DNA of 64,000 nucleotides. Source: the human T2T-CHM13v2.0 reference genome, Homo sapiens. Both the position numbers and the translations under genes were made by a program. Position 1 is the first letter of the stretch. Every line of letters begins with the position of its first letter. Positions 42,690 to 55,151 of the stretch are shown piece after piece. The stretch lies in assembly GCF_009914755.1 (NCBI RefSeq), contig NC_060926.1; one strand, 5' to 3'. The notes below the pieces were generated by a model. It had not been told where the DNA came from. It saw only the letters and a program-made list of their open reading frames with translations, and did no database searches.

Positions 42690-43918
42690 AAGTAAAGTCA
42701 AAAGACAAACAAAAATTGGGAAAAAATATTTAAAGAATGTTAAGAACCCCACACTTGCACAGGCACATATGTGGGTGGATAAGTGTGTTTATGAGTAAAT
42801 TAAGAAAAATGTAAAAAAAGATATAAATATATTTAAAGAACTTCTAAAAGTTGATTTAAAAAGCAAAAATCATAGAAAAAAATGAGCAAAATATATGAAC
42901 AAACAATTCCTCGGAATATATAAAAATAGCTCTGAAACATGCAACATTCAACCTCATTCCAAGTAAGATAAATGCAAATAAAGATACAATGAAATATCAT
43001 TTCTCACTCATCAGGTTGACAGAAAATCAAAATCCTAACAACTCACTCTATGGCAATGTTACCAGGATTCACTCTCATACATTGCTGGTGGAAACTCAAA
43101 GTTGTATAGCCTGTATGAAAGGAAACTTGTCAATTTCTAACAAAAATTGCATGTACATTTTACCCTTCAACCCAGCAATTCCACTTCTAGTTATTTACCC
43201 TGTAGTTACACCTCTGACAATACAAAAATACATACACATCAACTTAATGCAGCAGTGTTAGTAATTGCAAAATACTGAAAACCATCTACATGCCCAAACA
43301 TAGGAGATGAGTTAGACTTTGGCATATACACATAATGAAGCAACTATTTAAAAACAAGCACACAAAACAGGAAGATCTTTATGAAGAAATATGGAACAAT
43401 TTTTTGTGTGTATTGTTAAGTGAAAGAGTAACGTACAAAAAGGTGTTCTGTATGCTATGTTTTATACATGAAGGAGGGCAGTCAAGCATACACAAATATG
43501 TTTTTGTTGGGTTTTTTTTTTTTCAAAACAAAAACACAGAAAAGATAAAACAGGAAACAATAAAACTGGTAACCTACACAGGTAAGACTGCTGCAAAAGT
43601 CATTGTGGTTTTTGCCATTACTTTTAATGGCAAAGACTGCAAGGACTTTTGCACCAACCTAATAAAAGTTTGGGTTAAAGGAATAAGAGCAGATGAAACT
43701 TCTCTCAGTGTGCTTTTGTATATAATTTTGATTTTTAGACATGTGCTAATGTTTTAATATTCAAAAGATAAAATTAAATGTAATTAATTGAATTTTTAAT
43801 CTTCAAAAGATAAAATTAAAAGTAAAATATTAAAATTGAATGAAAACAGAAAAAATAAATCTATTTTTAAAATTAATAATATAAATATACTGAATGATAT
43901 TTTAACAAAGGACTAATG
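42690..43918 (+). mobile_element. L1MC-like end of ORF2 plus 3'UTR, left part
   Basis: Decayed MQIK.TMKYH and PFNPAIPLL.IYP peptides; resumes after 46042. Confidence 0.75.
43583..43664. mobile_element. MADE1 (Hsmar1-derived MITE)
   Basis: About 80-bp palindrome tgcaaaagtcattgtggtttttgccatta-cttt-taatggcaaagactgcaaggacttttgcaccaacctaa. Confidence 0.9.
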
Positions 43919-44150
43919 CAAGTGACACAGCACAGGCAGGCAAGCTCTAAAATTGGGGCTTAGTCCGGGAGGGTTCTTGGCTTTGCCCAGGAAGGAATTC
44001 AAGGGTGAGACAGTGGAGTTAGACAGCAATCTTTTATTGAACTGGAGCTGCTCCTGTGGAGCAGGGGTGACTCATACACAGTGCACCCAGAGCCACATCT
44101 GTGGGCTATTGCAAACTATATTTATATCCACTTATATTCCACTTTTTTCA

Positions 44151-45732
44151 TTATTATTTTTCTTTTTTTTTTTTTAGATATATGTATTAGTTCATTTTCA
44201 TGCTGCTGATAAACACATACCCAAACTGGGAACAAAAAAAGGTTTAATTGGACTTGCAGTTCCACATGGCCGGGGAGGCTTCAGAATCATGGCGGGAGGC
44301 AAAGGCTCTTCTTTCATGGCTGTGGCAAGAGAAAATGAGGAAGAAGCAAAAACAGAAACCCCAGATAAACCCATCAGATCTCGTGAGACTTATTCGTGAG
44401 ACTTATTCACTATCATGAGAAGAACACAGGAAAGACCAGCCCCCATGATTAAGCTACCTCCCCCGGGTCCCTCCCACAACACATGGGAATTCTGGGAGAT
44501 ACAATTCAAGTTGAGATTTTGGTGAGGACACAGCCAAACCATATCAATATACAATCATTTTGTGTTTTATTTTTTTAACTTTTATTTTAGGTTTGGGGGT
44601 ACATGTGAAGGTTTGTTACATAGGTAAACTCATGTCATGGAGGTTTATCGTACAGATTATTTCATTGCCCAGGAACTAAGCCCAGTACCCAATAGTTATC
44701 TTTTCTGCTGCTCTCCCTCCAACCACCATCCCCCATCAAGTAGACCCCAATGTCTGTTATTTCCTTCTTTGTCTTCATAAATTCTCATCATTTAGCCCCC
44801 ACTGAGAGCATGTAGTATTTGGTTTTCTGTTCCTGTGTTAGTTTGCTGAGGAGAATAGCCTCCAGCTTCATTCATGTTCCCACAAAAGACATGATCTCAT
44901 TCTTTTTTACGGCTGCATTGTATTCCATGGTGTATATGTACCACATTTTCTTTATCCAATCTGTCACTGATGGGCATTTAGGTTGATTCCACATCTTTGC
45001 TATTGTAAATATTGCTGTAATGAACATTTGCATGCATGTGTGTTTATGGGAGAATGATTTATATTCCTCTGGGTATATACCCAGTAACAGGATTGCTGGG
45101 TGGAATGGTAGTTCTGCTTTTAGCTCTTTTAGTAATCACCATACTGCTTTCCACAATGGCTGAACTAATCTACACTCCCACCAAAAGTGAAAAAACATTC
45201 CTTTTTCTCCACAACCTTGTCAGCATGTTATTTTTTGACTTTTTGATAATAGCCCTTCTGACTAGTATGAGATGGTATCTTATTGTGGTTTTGATTTGCA
45301 TTTCTCTAATGATCAGTGACACTGAGCTTTTTTTCATATGCTTGTTAGCTGCATGCATGTCTTCTTTTGAAAAGTGCCTGTTCTTATCCTTTGACTGCTT
45401 TTTAATGGGGTTGCTTTTCTCTTGAAAATTTGTTTAAGTTCCTTATAGATGCTGGATATTAGACAGTTGTCAAATGCATAGTTTGCAAAAATTTTATCCC
45501 ATTCTGTAGGTTTTCTGTTTACTCTGTTGATAGTTTCTTTTGCTGTGCAGAAGCTCCTAAGTTTAATTAGATCCGACTTACCAAATTTTATTTTGTTGCA
45601 ATTGTTTTTGGTGTCTTTGTCATGAAATCTGCCTGTTCCTATCCAGGATGGTATTGCCTAGGTTGCCTTCTAGGGTTTTTATAGTTTTCGGTTTTGCATT
45701 TAAGTCTTTAATCCATCTTGAGTTGATTTTTG
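44151..45732 (-). mobile_element. 5'-truncated L1PA15-like element
   Basis: 3'UTR ttttaacttttattttagg..gggtacatgtg; ORF2 peptide [21 protein letters not shown]; diverged TSD TATATT(C/A)CAC.TT.TTT near 44133 and 45733. Confidence 0.85.
44183..44546 (-). mobile_element. THE1C solo LTR (MaLR)
   Basis: tgtattagttcattttcatgctgctgataaa...acacagccaaaccatatca; 5-bp TSD ATATA (44178-44182 and 44547-44551). Confidence 0.92.
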
Positions 45733-46042
45733 TATATTACACCTTCTTTCAATTACATACAAATTAAGAGATAAGTTACTGCAAATTGAGGGGTGGGCTA
45801 TTCAGAACTTTCTAGGAAAGAGATGGTAACTTCTGAGTCATTGCCATGGAAAGGGGCAGTAACTTCTGGGTTGTTGCCATGGCATTTGTATAGTGTCGTG
45901 GTGCTGGTGGGAGTGTCTTATGCTAATCAGTAATGAGGAATACTAGGAATAACCTTTTGTCACCATCTGCTGGTTCCTGACAGTTTCTTTACTTATTCCA
46001 TCAGAACAGGGCAATAAATCCTGTGGTCTCCTCCCTCACAAG

Positions 46043-47630
46043 TAAGTTTTGAACACAGTACTTTGATGTAGACCTTAAATCTAGGGAAAAATAAAACTAC
46101 AAACAAATCTTGGACTCCTCTTAACTTTGTTTTTATAGCAGTATGTGCATAGCAATTTTGAAAGTATTATATGTGTATCATAGGATTGAGCAAATGAGTA
46201 AACATGTTGATGTTTTGGGGATCTGAAGTTCTCAATGTGGAAAAGACACAAATATAGAATAAGAATAAGAAAAAATACAACTCTGTGGGGGAATATTAAT
46301 TAAAGGTATGGGTATAAACTTCTTTCATAGTCTAGCTTCATCTGCTAAAAAGACCTAGAAGTAATTGCATGCCAATAACAGTGAGCACAGCTAGCATTTG
46401 GATTTTGGTTTCTAAATTCCATTCTCCTCGGAAAGGAACCAGGGGTCTCCCTGGAGAAATAGACTATTGCATGGCTGGGACAGAGATAATACAAGATAAG
46501 CCTAGAACATCCTCTTACTCCAGAAAGTAAGGAAGTCCTTCAAAAAATGAGGGAAACATGTCAAAAAAACATAGAAGCAGCTTGAAAAATCTCCCCACGG
46601 GTCACTGATCATTTGAGCATCAAAATGAATAACAGATTATAATCCACTGTAAAAAGTAAAAATTCATGAGTCCATATTGATTATAAATAGAAGAATATAC
46701 ATATAAAAGAAAAGGGAGGGCTTTTTCTTACAATAGAATGCTGACTGATCAATTTGAAGGACATGTTAGAGATGAAAAGTCACCATATTAAACCATCAAT
46801 GAGCAGGAATTATAAATGGCTGTTAAATTTTGGGTTCAAAATTTGATGAGTCATAAACTGTGATCTTAAAGTGTGTCCCCACAGATTGTTTAATCATTAC
46901 AAGGCTTTTTTTTAAAAAAACTCACTACACAGTGCAGAAACCAGACAATATTTTGATCCGGTTATCAAAATTAACCTCAACAATAAGGATCAGACAGATC
47001 ATGTGTCTCTACTTGAGTTACTCTGAGAAGCACACAATATCACACATATAGAATTCTGGCCAAGAATTCTGCATAACCTTTATCTCCTCATGGAAAATTA
47101 TCAGATAAACCTGAACTGAAGAATGTTCTATAAAATAACTGGTCTGTGTTTTACAAAAATATCAGTATAATGAAAGACAAAGAAAGGTTAAAGAAATACT
47201 GCATTCACAACTAAAAGAGAAAAAACACACAACTAAATACAATACATAAGGCTGGATTGGGTCTTGTACTTAAGGAAAAAATAATATTATAAAGAATGTT
47301 ATTGGTATAATTGACAAAATTAAAATAAGGACTATCAAGTAAATAAAAGCATTATGTCACTGTTAGGTTTCCTATTATTTGATAACTATATTCTGGTTAC
47401 ATAAGAAAATATCCTTGCCTTTAGGAAATACACACTGAAGTATTAAGGCACAAAGAATATGACACCTTCTTTCAAATGATTCAGAAAACAATACAATAGA
47501 TAAAACAAATGTGCCAAAACATTAAAAATTGTTGAATCTTGGTAAAAGGTGTATAAGTGTTCTCTGCATTATTCTTGCAACTTTCCTCTAAGATTGAAAT
47601 TATTTCAAAATAAGATTTTTTTTAAATAAC
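46043..47630 (+). mobile_element. L1MC-like 3'UTR, right part
   Basis: ggattttggtttctaaattcc...aggaaccagggg..cctggagaaat; ends tattcttgcaactttcctctaagattgaaattatttcaaaataag. Confidence 0.75.
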
Positions 47631-48014
47631 ATACGAAAGTGAGGAAAGAGAAAAGAAAATGGTGCCCTCTACAGCCCCATGTCAGAGTTAGCAATACTGA
47701 ATTTCAGCACTACATTCCCCTTAGGGCACCTTGCACAATCCGCAGGAGTAGAATAAAAGGGGTGGGTTAGCATCTTTAAAGATCCCTATACTCAAATGAT
47801 TGCTGCCCCTATAATTACAAGGGGAGGAGGACTCCACTTACCATAGACAATCAAAAATTTCCCATATCCAAATCCAAGAGTTCAGAATGTGTGAGTCTTT
47901 CAGATTGTCACTCTGAACAGATCTGATCAGTCCATGTTAAGAGTCTGAACTCAAACACAACCATATTGACAACTGCTCTCTTGGTCCCTTAGAAACCTCA
48001 TAGACAAGGTAGAG

Positions 48015-48640
48015 AAAATCCAATAATAGACCACAGTAGTAAACTTCTCTATCCAACTGAGACCTTTTCTTGAGATTTCTTCCCAGGTCCCTAGTCTTGG
48101 GCAATGTACAAGTTAATTAAAACAATGAGCATTTGGAGGGAAGAAATCTTGGAGTAGAATCTAGACCCAGCAAAACTGGAAATAAGCCTGGTCTACTCTA
48201 TTTCAGTAAGAACATGTCACTGCAAATCTTACTGGATCAAAGATAGCTAATCTACCTCCTAAGAATAGATAAAAGACAAGCAAGTCTTGAGTCAAAACTC
48301 TCTTGGGTGAAGCCAAAATATGCTTTGTTTAAATATTATTTTAATTATCTTGAGGTTACAAAGGAGTTAATACTTGTGTAACTAGATAAAGAAACTTCAT
48401 TGAACAGTTTTGTAATCTACCTGCATGATAATTGGATGTTTTGCAAAGCCTAGAACCCAACAAGTGAATCCAAATGAGAAGGACATTATAGTGGTCTTTC
48501 TTGAAAAGTTGAGCTATTTAGGGAGCTCTGTCAAAACTACAGGGATAGTTTTAGGGGAAATTTTTAATTGGATGGAGGAAAATATATGTCCACGGAGTAT
48601 TTAATAGAGCTAAAACCTCCTTGGAATCCCTCACCCACCC
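48015..48640 (+). mobile_element. possible highly decayed CR1/L3 RT-domain fragment
   Basis: Ordered remnants resembling NYRP, EHLE, KNKSCQ, DF.KA and NW...RV..N....SW. Confidence 0.35.
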
Positions 48641-49090
48641 ACTCTAGCTTGTCACCTATGGGGGACGAAAGCCTCAACAGAATAAAGGAACAAATAGACA
48701 CTAACAGTGATTTTGATGAAAAACTAATTAGGAATATAACAAGGAGGTTGTCAATTCCTGCCAGAATTAAAATTACAGACCTTATCATGTTGGAAATATG
48801 AATACTAGAAAAGAACAATTCTCAGCTCACGCTTTGAATACTGCCACCTGGAAGAGAAAGAATGATGAATTAAAATACCCTGAAGGGAATCAGAGACTTG
48901 GGAAAACATGAAGTTTAGTGGTAAAGAGTACATATGCGGATATTCTGAAATAGATGCAAGAATGAGAGGCTGTAATGCCCTGTGTGTGACTCTTAGAGAG
49001 TCAGAGTGGGTGATGGAGCACATAGAACCAGAGCTGGAGCTAAGGCAACTGCTGACTCAAGGCAGAGTATCGAGAAGAAATGAAATGTAT

Positions 49091-49299
49091 GTGGACACAG
49101 GGAGGGGAACATCACACACCAGGGCTTGTCAGTGGGTGGAGGGCAAGGGAACATTGGGACAAATACCTAATGCATGTGGAGCTTAAAACCTGGATGATAG
49201 GTCGATAGGTGCAGCAAACCACCATGGCACATGTATACCTATGTAACAAACCTGCACATTCAGCACATGTATCCCAGAACTTAAAGTAAAATTAAAAAA
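49091..49299 (+). mobile_element. short 5'-truncated L1 (L1PA8-L1PA10-like 3'UTR)
   Basis: tggacacagggagggg...cccagaacttaaagtaaaatt; TSD AAGAAAT(G/A)AAATGTAT at 49075-49090 and 49300-49315. Confidence 0.9.
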
Positions 49300-50479
49300 A
49301 AGAAATAAAATGTATATAGAGGTAAATGGGAAGAAGAACTTCAACACTGAAAGGAAAATGAACTGTGTTCTACAGGCCATAAGAAAAGTAGGCTTTTAAT
49401 TCTGTCTTCGTGTTTTCCCAGAGTTAAACCAAATAGGTTTTAAGATTTTTTCTTTTTTTTTTTAACTGTAAGGAAATGTTGCAATTATATGCTAAATGAG
49501 ACCTATGGTCAACTTTCTGTGCTTTATTTCTAAGATGGTAGAAACTTTGGCTGATTTGATTATATCCTTAGCCCAGGGACAGGAACCATAAGAGAATTCC
49601 CATTTTTTAGAGGAGAAGGGTAAATTCTAAGACAAGATTTAATGGCTACTTATTTAGCCACAGAAAGCTAATTCAAAGCCTTTTTGAAAATTGGGCTTCA
49701 CATTGAGAAATCTTGCATTGGGGCTGGGCTCTACTGGGCAGCCCCTTCTCTATTCTCTGTCCTCACATGCCTCGGAAAAATGTATCTCTATTTTCTAAGA
49801 TCATTTGTAGTTTTCTCTCCTCCCAAGTCCCCCATCAAGAGCTGGACGATGTTATAATTTTCTGTTACTAAAATTTTTATTTCTTTAAAGTGGTCATAAA
49901 TGCTGGCTTGATGACAATCCAGAAATACTTCATATACTAAACACAAAAACTCACTATGAAAATTGCTTGGTTTATTTTTGTTTATGTTATTGAGTTCTTG
50001 CAAATGACACAGCTGAATGTTTATCCTACCATAGGGAAATGCATTTTGTTATTTGTATTTGTAGATTTTGGGTTTTTTTTTCCTAGTTTTGCTTTAAAAG
50101 ATAAGGGCAATAAGGAGGCAACTTAAACAGACAGCCAGACCCTTCCCTAGCACCCCCTCCCACACACACAAATTTCAAATTTAGGAAAAAGTTACTTAAC
50201 AACTTTTCAAAAATTTTTTTTTCATCAAGGTTTAAATAGCTCAAATTCAGTAATATTGAAACACAATTTGAGATAAACTAGACCTTCACCATTTTTTTCT
50301 ATGCTGCCCCAAGACCTTTTCCTGGGATGGCTCTAGGAGGCCCATGAGCCTTCACCCCACCCTCGTGAAATAGGTCTCCTTGGATGTGGATGTCAGAGCA
50401 GGACGTGGATGTCAGAATGGACAGAGACAAAGAGGCCCAGTGAGAAGCAAAACAATGAGACCACAAGAGAAGGGCAGCT

Positions 50480-50720
50480 CTTGTTAATACCATTAGCGTA
50501 TATAAGGCTTCTGAAATTATAGCGGCAATAGGCAATCTAACCAGATTTCAGGGAGACTGCTGTGAAATGGCAATTAAATCTACATGAATGAGTAAAGCAA
50601 ATAATGGAGTCATAAGGGACAAGACATATGCATGTACAATCCCTTATTTTGCAATTAGATATAATAAATTAGAGTTTTGGGAGTTGTGCTAATAATTGGA
50701 ATTACATACTTCTTGGCCAC
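50480..50720. promoter_or_regulatory. candidate homeodomain-rich enhancer
   Basis: P3 site TAATACCATTA (50485-50495); several CAATTA, TAATTG and AATTAG cores; repeat-free. Confidence 0.35.
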
Positions 50721-51259
50721 TGTTGGAAGGCATGTCTGCTCCAGACCTCAATTGAACCATTGTTGAGGCCTCACCTTGTCTTCTCCTTGATGGGAAGGGG
50801 GAATGTGTGAGCACCTGCATCATCATTTTATCCTTCTCTCTTTTCCATGACTCTGTCGGGTGAGAAGGTTGTGTTTTTCTAAAAGATGGCCGTTAGTCTC
50901 TAGCCCTCCAAACCTCATGACATTGAATGTTATAAAGAGGTGGCTGCTGGGCTTCCAAAAGTTGGCAAAGCCCACAGAGGAAACAAAAAATCCCAGTTGT
51001 ATGTTTCTTCCTGGGGAGCAACATGCAATCAACTCATGGCAATCTCTTTTGAACACTTCCTTAGTGACAAAAATGTTTTAGATCATGAAAACATACATTC
51101 TTAGAAAGAAAAAAAAGCCTCACTGACCATAGATCCCAAAGAAAAACATCAGCAACAGATGACCTCATGCACCCCTTGGGCAGTTTCCATCCTTATGGTT
51201 GCTGAGACTGTAGTCACATGTCATTTTGGTAACATAAATCTAGAGAGGCCATAGACTGA

Positions 51260-51455
51260 ACAGCAACATGTAGATTATAAAGAGTATGGGCTTTGGATGG
51301 AACTGGGTTCAAATCCTGTCTCCTCTCCCTGGTGACTGTGGGGTTTATCTCTCTCCAGTGCCAATCTCTATAAATAGGGATAAGAGTGCCTACATCACGA
51401 AGTCGTGAGGATTAAATAAAACCATGCATGCAGTAGGCACTCAGTAAACATATTC
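51260..51455 (+). mobile_element. MIR SINE
   Basis: agagtatgggctttgga..ctgggttcaaatcctg...ctataaatagggataag...gtgaggattaaat. Confidence 0.75.
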
Positions 51456-53259
51456 CCCTTGCATTTAGTGTACAGTGCTTGTCTCCAGGAGGATCCCAAG
51501 TTTCCGGCGACGACATTCATACAAATGCTCCACTCAGTACTTGCTCACACACTAAGGAAAGGCATCAGGAAGGAACCTTTGCACAAAATAGAAATTGAAG
51601 CCCAAATTGTGGAATTAAAACCCAGATATTGAATCCTTTCCAATCATGGGACTGTGTCGGCTCCCTCAAACGAAGCTCTGTGCCATAAATTTGATGCTGG
51701 GAATGAACATGAGATGATACATGGTTTCTCTGTTTGTTTCTTAAAATGTTTTCTAATGCTATATCATATTTAAAATAAAAACTAGGGAATCTCATGTTTA
51801 AAGTAGTTATTTTATACAAAATGCTAGAGCAGCACCACATTTTTCTCCTATACAGCAATCTGGTAACTTAACTTAACTTACACCAGATTACCTGTGTAAC
51901 AATATCAAACAGCGCCCTGTAGTTTTTACAGTGAGTTCAGTGGAGCCATGAGGATCTGCATAGTTAGGGGTGGAGGCTGCTGAGTTGACAGGGATCTGGA
52001 CCTCCACTTCCAGATCACTAGAGATCACCCCTACTTGAGATCACCAGATAGGGCTAGCCATGGTAGCTCATTGTGTCCTTGGTAAAGTATTTAACCACAT
52101 GTGGCCTATGTTTCCTCATCTGCAAAGTGAGGAGGATGGACCATGATTTGCAAGGTCGCTCAAAGCCCAGATATCTTCTAGTCAGACAATTAAAAGAGAA
52201 ACAAACTCAACTTTACCCTTTCCACTCAGTAACACAGATCTAAATTGATAAATTAAGCTACAAAAAGGTAATGCTTTCAAAATTCCAAAGCATTCGCATT
52301 ATAAGTTAAATGATTTTTTACTACTTTTTTTCCTGATTTACTAAAGAGTTGAAAATACACTGCAACTATGTGTGACAGGCACTGGACCAGGTGCTTTACC
52401 TATAGCGTCTCAGTTAATCTGAGCACCTGGATAGACAGAGGCAGGAACCAACACAAGATGAAGGCTGTAGGTGCCACATACTGGGCTGGATGAGTTACTC
52501 GAATTACCTCGCAAGGAGTGTATCAACATCCAGTGTACACGCTAAGATGTCAAGTACGAAGCAAGCACAGTCACAATTCAAAGGCAGGTCTGACAGTTTC
52601 AAAAGCCCATAATCTTTTCTTAAACTGCCTGCACCAAGTCAGAAGAGTTGGCCCATAGTGAGAGCTTTGCAGAAACAACATAACATTGAGCAGAAACTTC
52701 CTGTCTGCAGGCCTCGATGTTCTCACAATGAAATCCTTTAGGCTAAGCCTCAAAGTTCTCCAAGGGCCTTACAGCTCTAAAATTCAATGATTATCTGGTC
52801 AGTGCAACAACCAAAGAAAGAAAACATACTAAGTATCTGTGAAGCAGGGTTCATCTCTATGTCTAATTGGATTTCATTGCTATCTGAGTTCTTATCTCCT
52901 GGTTCATTCCCTTGTCCACACCCCCACCCCACAATAACAGATGATCACCAGGGATTTGGATACTGCAGAATAATTCAAATTAGTGGAATAGATATTGCAT
53001 GGTAATATACTTCACCATAAAAAAGGTGAGCAACCAGCTTATGGAAGCTTCCAAATCAAATGACTTATTTCTCTTCTCACAGCTAATCAACAAGGGCTCA
53101 AGGGACAGTTATTTGTTGATCTTTGAGTGTAGGGTGATGTCCTATCTGACCCTTTCAATTCAGACATCTACCAAAAGACTTGAGAAGTTATTGTATTTCT
53201 GGGACTTTTCTTTGTTTAAAAAAAAGTGCAGGAAGATATTCAGCGGAATAAAAGAGAAG

Positions 53260-53960
53260 CATTGACGTTTCCATTGGTAATCTGGTCCGTGTGTTCCCTG
53301 CTACTGAGCATTTTCAGAAGGCCTGACTGTCTGGGTTAATTGTTTAATGCTTTTAGTTAGAATTAAACTTTGCACCTGCTCTGACAGTGATAAATTAAAT
53401 GTGCTCCTTTTCCAATACTGTTGCCCTCTTTAAGTAGAGACCAAGAAGTGTATCTCCCTTCTTCCCCTGCGTTTGAGGAATCTCTGCTACACTGGAGTGT
53501 AAACCAGCATAATTTGTCACCAGAGCTAGCGCCAATTAAATTGATTGCGTCGGACTGAACTCTGGGACCCCTAATGCAAGCACTAAGGGAAAAATGGGCT
53601 CTTTTCTGCCCATTCCCCCATGTGGCACTTAGGCATAGCTCAACAGTGGAAGGCTTTCAAGGTTCAAAAGGGTTTTATTTTCAAAAGAAATGGGCATTGA
53701 TCAGCTGCATTTAAAGGCAAAGATAATTCCAGAGCTTGAAGGCTGGATTTGTGTTTAAGGTCTAAATCTCTTTCTTTAACCTTGGGGGGCCAGTATAACA
53801 TAAAAGCAACAAAGAGATTAAGATTACAAAGGGTTTGCAAGTGTAAATGATGCGGTGGTATTCTCCAAACATAACACAGTCCCCATTCACAAGCCCAGGC
53901 ACAGGCCAGCATTTGATCTGTTGGTTTTACACCTGTAAAAACAACTTGTGTTTATTTGTC
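53260..53960. promoter_or_regulatory. candidate developmental enhancer
   Basis: TAATTG and TTAAT cores; E-box CACCTG (53373-53378); TGACAG-TGATAAAT (53382-53395); CAATTAAATTG (53533-53543). Confidence 0.4.
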
Positions 53961-55151
53961 ACTCAGCAAACCGTTTTGGGCAAGAGGGGAGAAAAAAGGA
54001 AAGTGGAGGAGGAGTGAACTTGCTCATACCACAGAGTTCAAACGCCTTCCCCAAACCAACTGAAAAATAAACATGGTAAAGGTCAGCGTGGCAGACAAAA
54101 TCAGAAAATCCCCACTCTTTGTCAGCGTAGCACACACCACACAGGAATACGAGAAGTGGGACACTGTTTCAAACCTCAGTTGTTTTCCTCATTATCCCAG
54201 CTCCTGATGCTTGGGTCTGTTATGCCACATCCTTCCAAGGGAGGTTGTAAACAAGCTGTAAGCTAATTCCAGCCCCTTCTTGTTCCTTTATTTATAGGCT
54301 ACCAACTATGCATTCCTCCCTCTTGCCTTTTAGTTCAGTTTCCCACAATCAGTCCTGTAGAATGGCACCATTTGAATAATCTCACATATAAATCAAGTCT
54401 ACCAAGTTAGTGACTCGGACTTCAAGTTAGTTGATTCTATCACCACACATGGTGAAACCAACACAAGTGTGCCAATTCTCTCAAGTTCATATATCATTCT
54501 TCATCTATTCTTTCATAACGTGTATCTCCCTCGGCAACATAGATCTTCTCACATTCACTCTATCCCCTAGTTCTTCTTTTCACAAACTGAAGCCTTCTCA
54601 GGGACCTCAAGCCTTCATTGCTAAACCAGGTGGCAACAATGGAGTCTTCTACTTTAAAGAAAGGAGAAAGGAACTGATGCTTATGGAGGTTTCCAAAGCC
54701 AGATTACACATCTGAGAACTCTGAGAAGGTTGGCAGTTTGGCATGAATACAGGTGGTTAAGAATTCAAGGCTCCTTTAAACTCATAGTCTTTAAAAGCAA
54801 ACAAATAAGAGTTCATCATTTATTTAGGAGAGAAGCTATGCACCAATCAGAAGGAAATAGAAAGGGATGATTCAAGTGGCAGTTCCCTATTCTCCCTAGC
54901 TTCTTGAGGAGTTCAGCTCTGGTCCCAAACTTGCATACTCTACCCAAAAAACAAAAGACCTATAAGGTAGTGACATCTAGTAATTATTGAATATGATTTT
55001 TGACAGTCTGATTCTCTTTCCAATAATTTGGTCATATTTCTCCTAACCCTATTATTGCATAATCTCCTCTGATAATTCTCCGTTTTTATAAAGTCCTATC
55101 TTCTTACATTTTCAAGGATGCTTTGCTATGCCAGTGATGTATTAGAGTCTT

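Larger units (their letters stand above)
43923..46038 (-). mobile_element. ERV1 (MER4-group, LTR26-like) solo LTR, split by an L1 insertion
   Basis: TG...CA ends with 4-bp TSD CAAG (43919-43922 and 46039-46042); pieces at 43923-44150 and about 45733-46038. Confidence 0.75.

Noticed and set aside
43335-43757. 140-aa ORF
   Set aside because: Crosses an L1MC 3'UTR and the MADE1; repeat-derived chance ORF
48838-48858. CTCF-like CCAGGTGGCAG on - (similar sites near 21745 and 25270)
   Set aside because: Two or three mismatches in the 5' core; expected by chance
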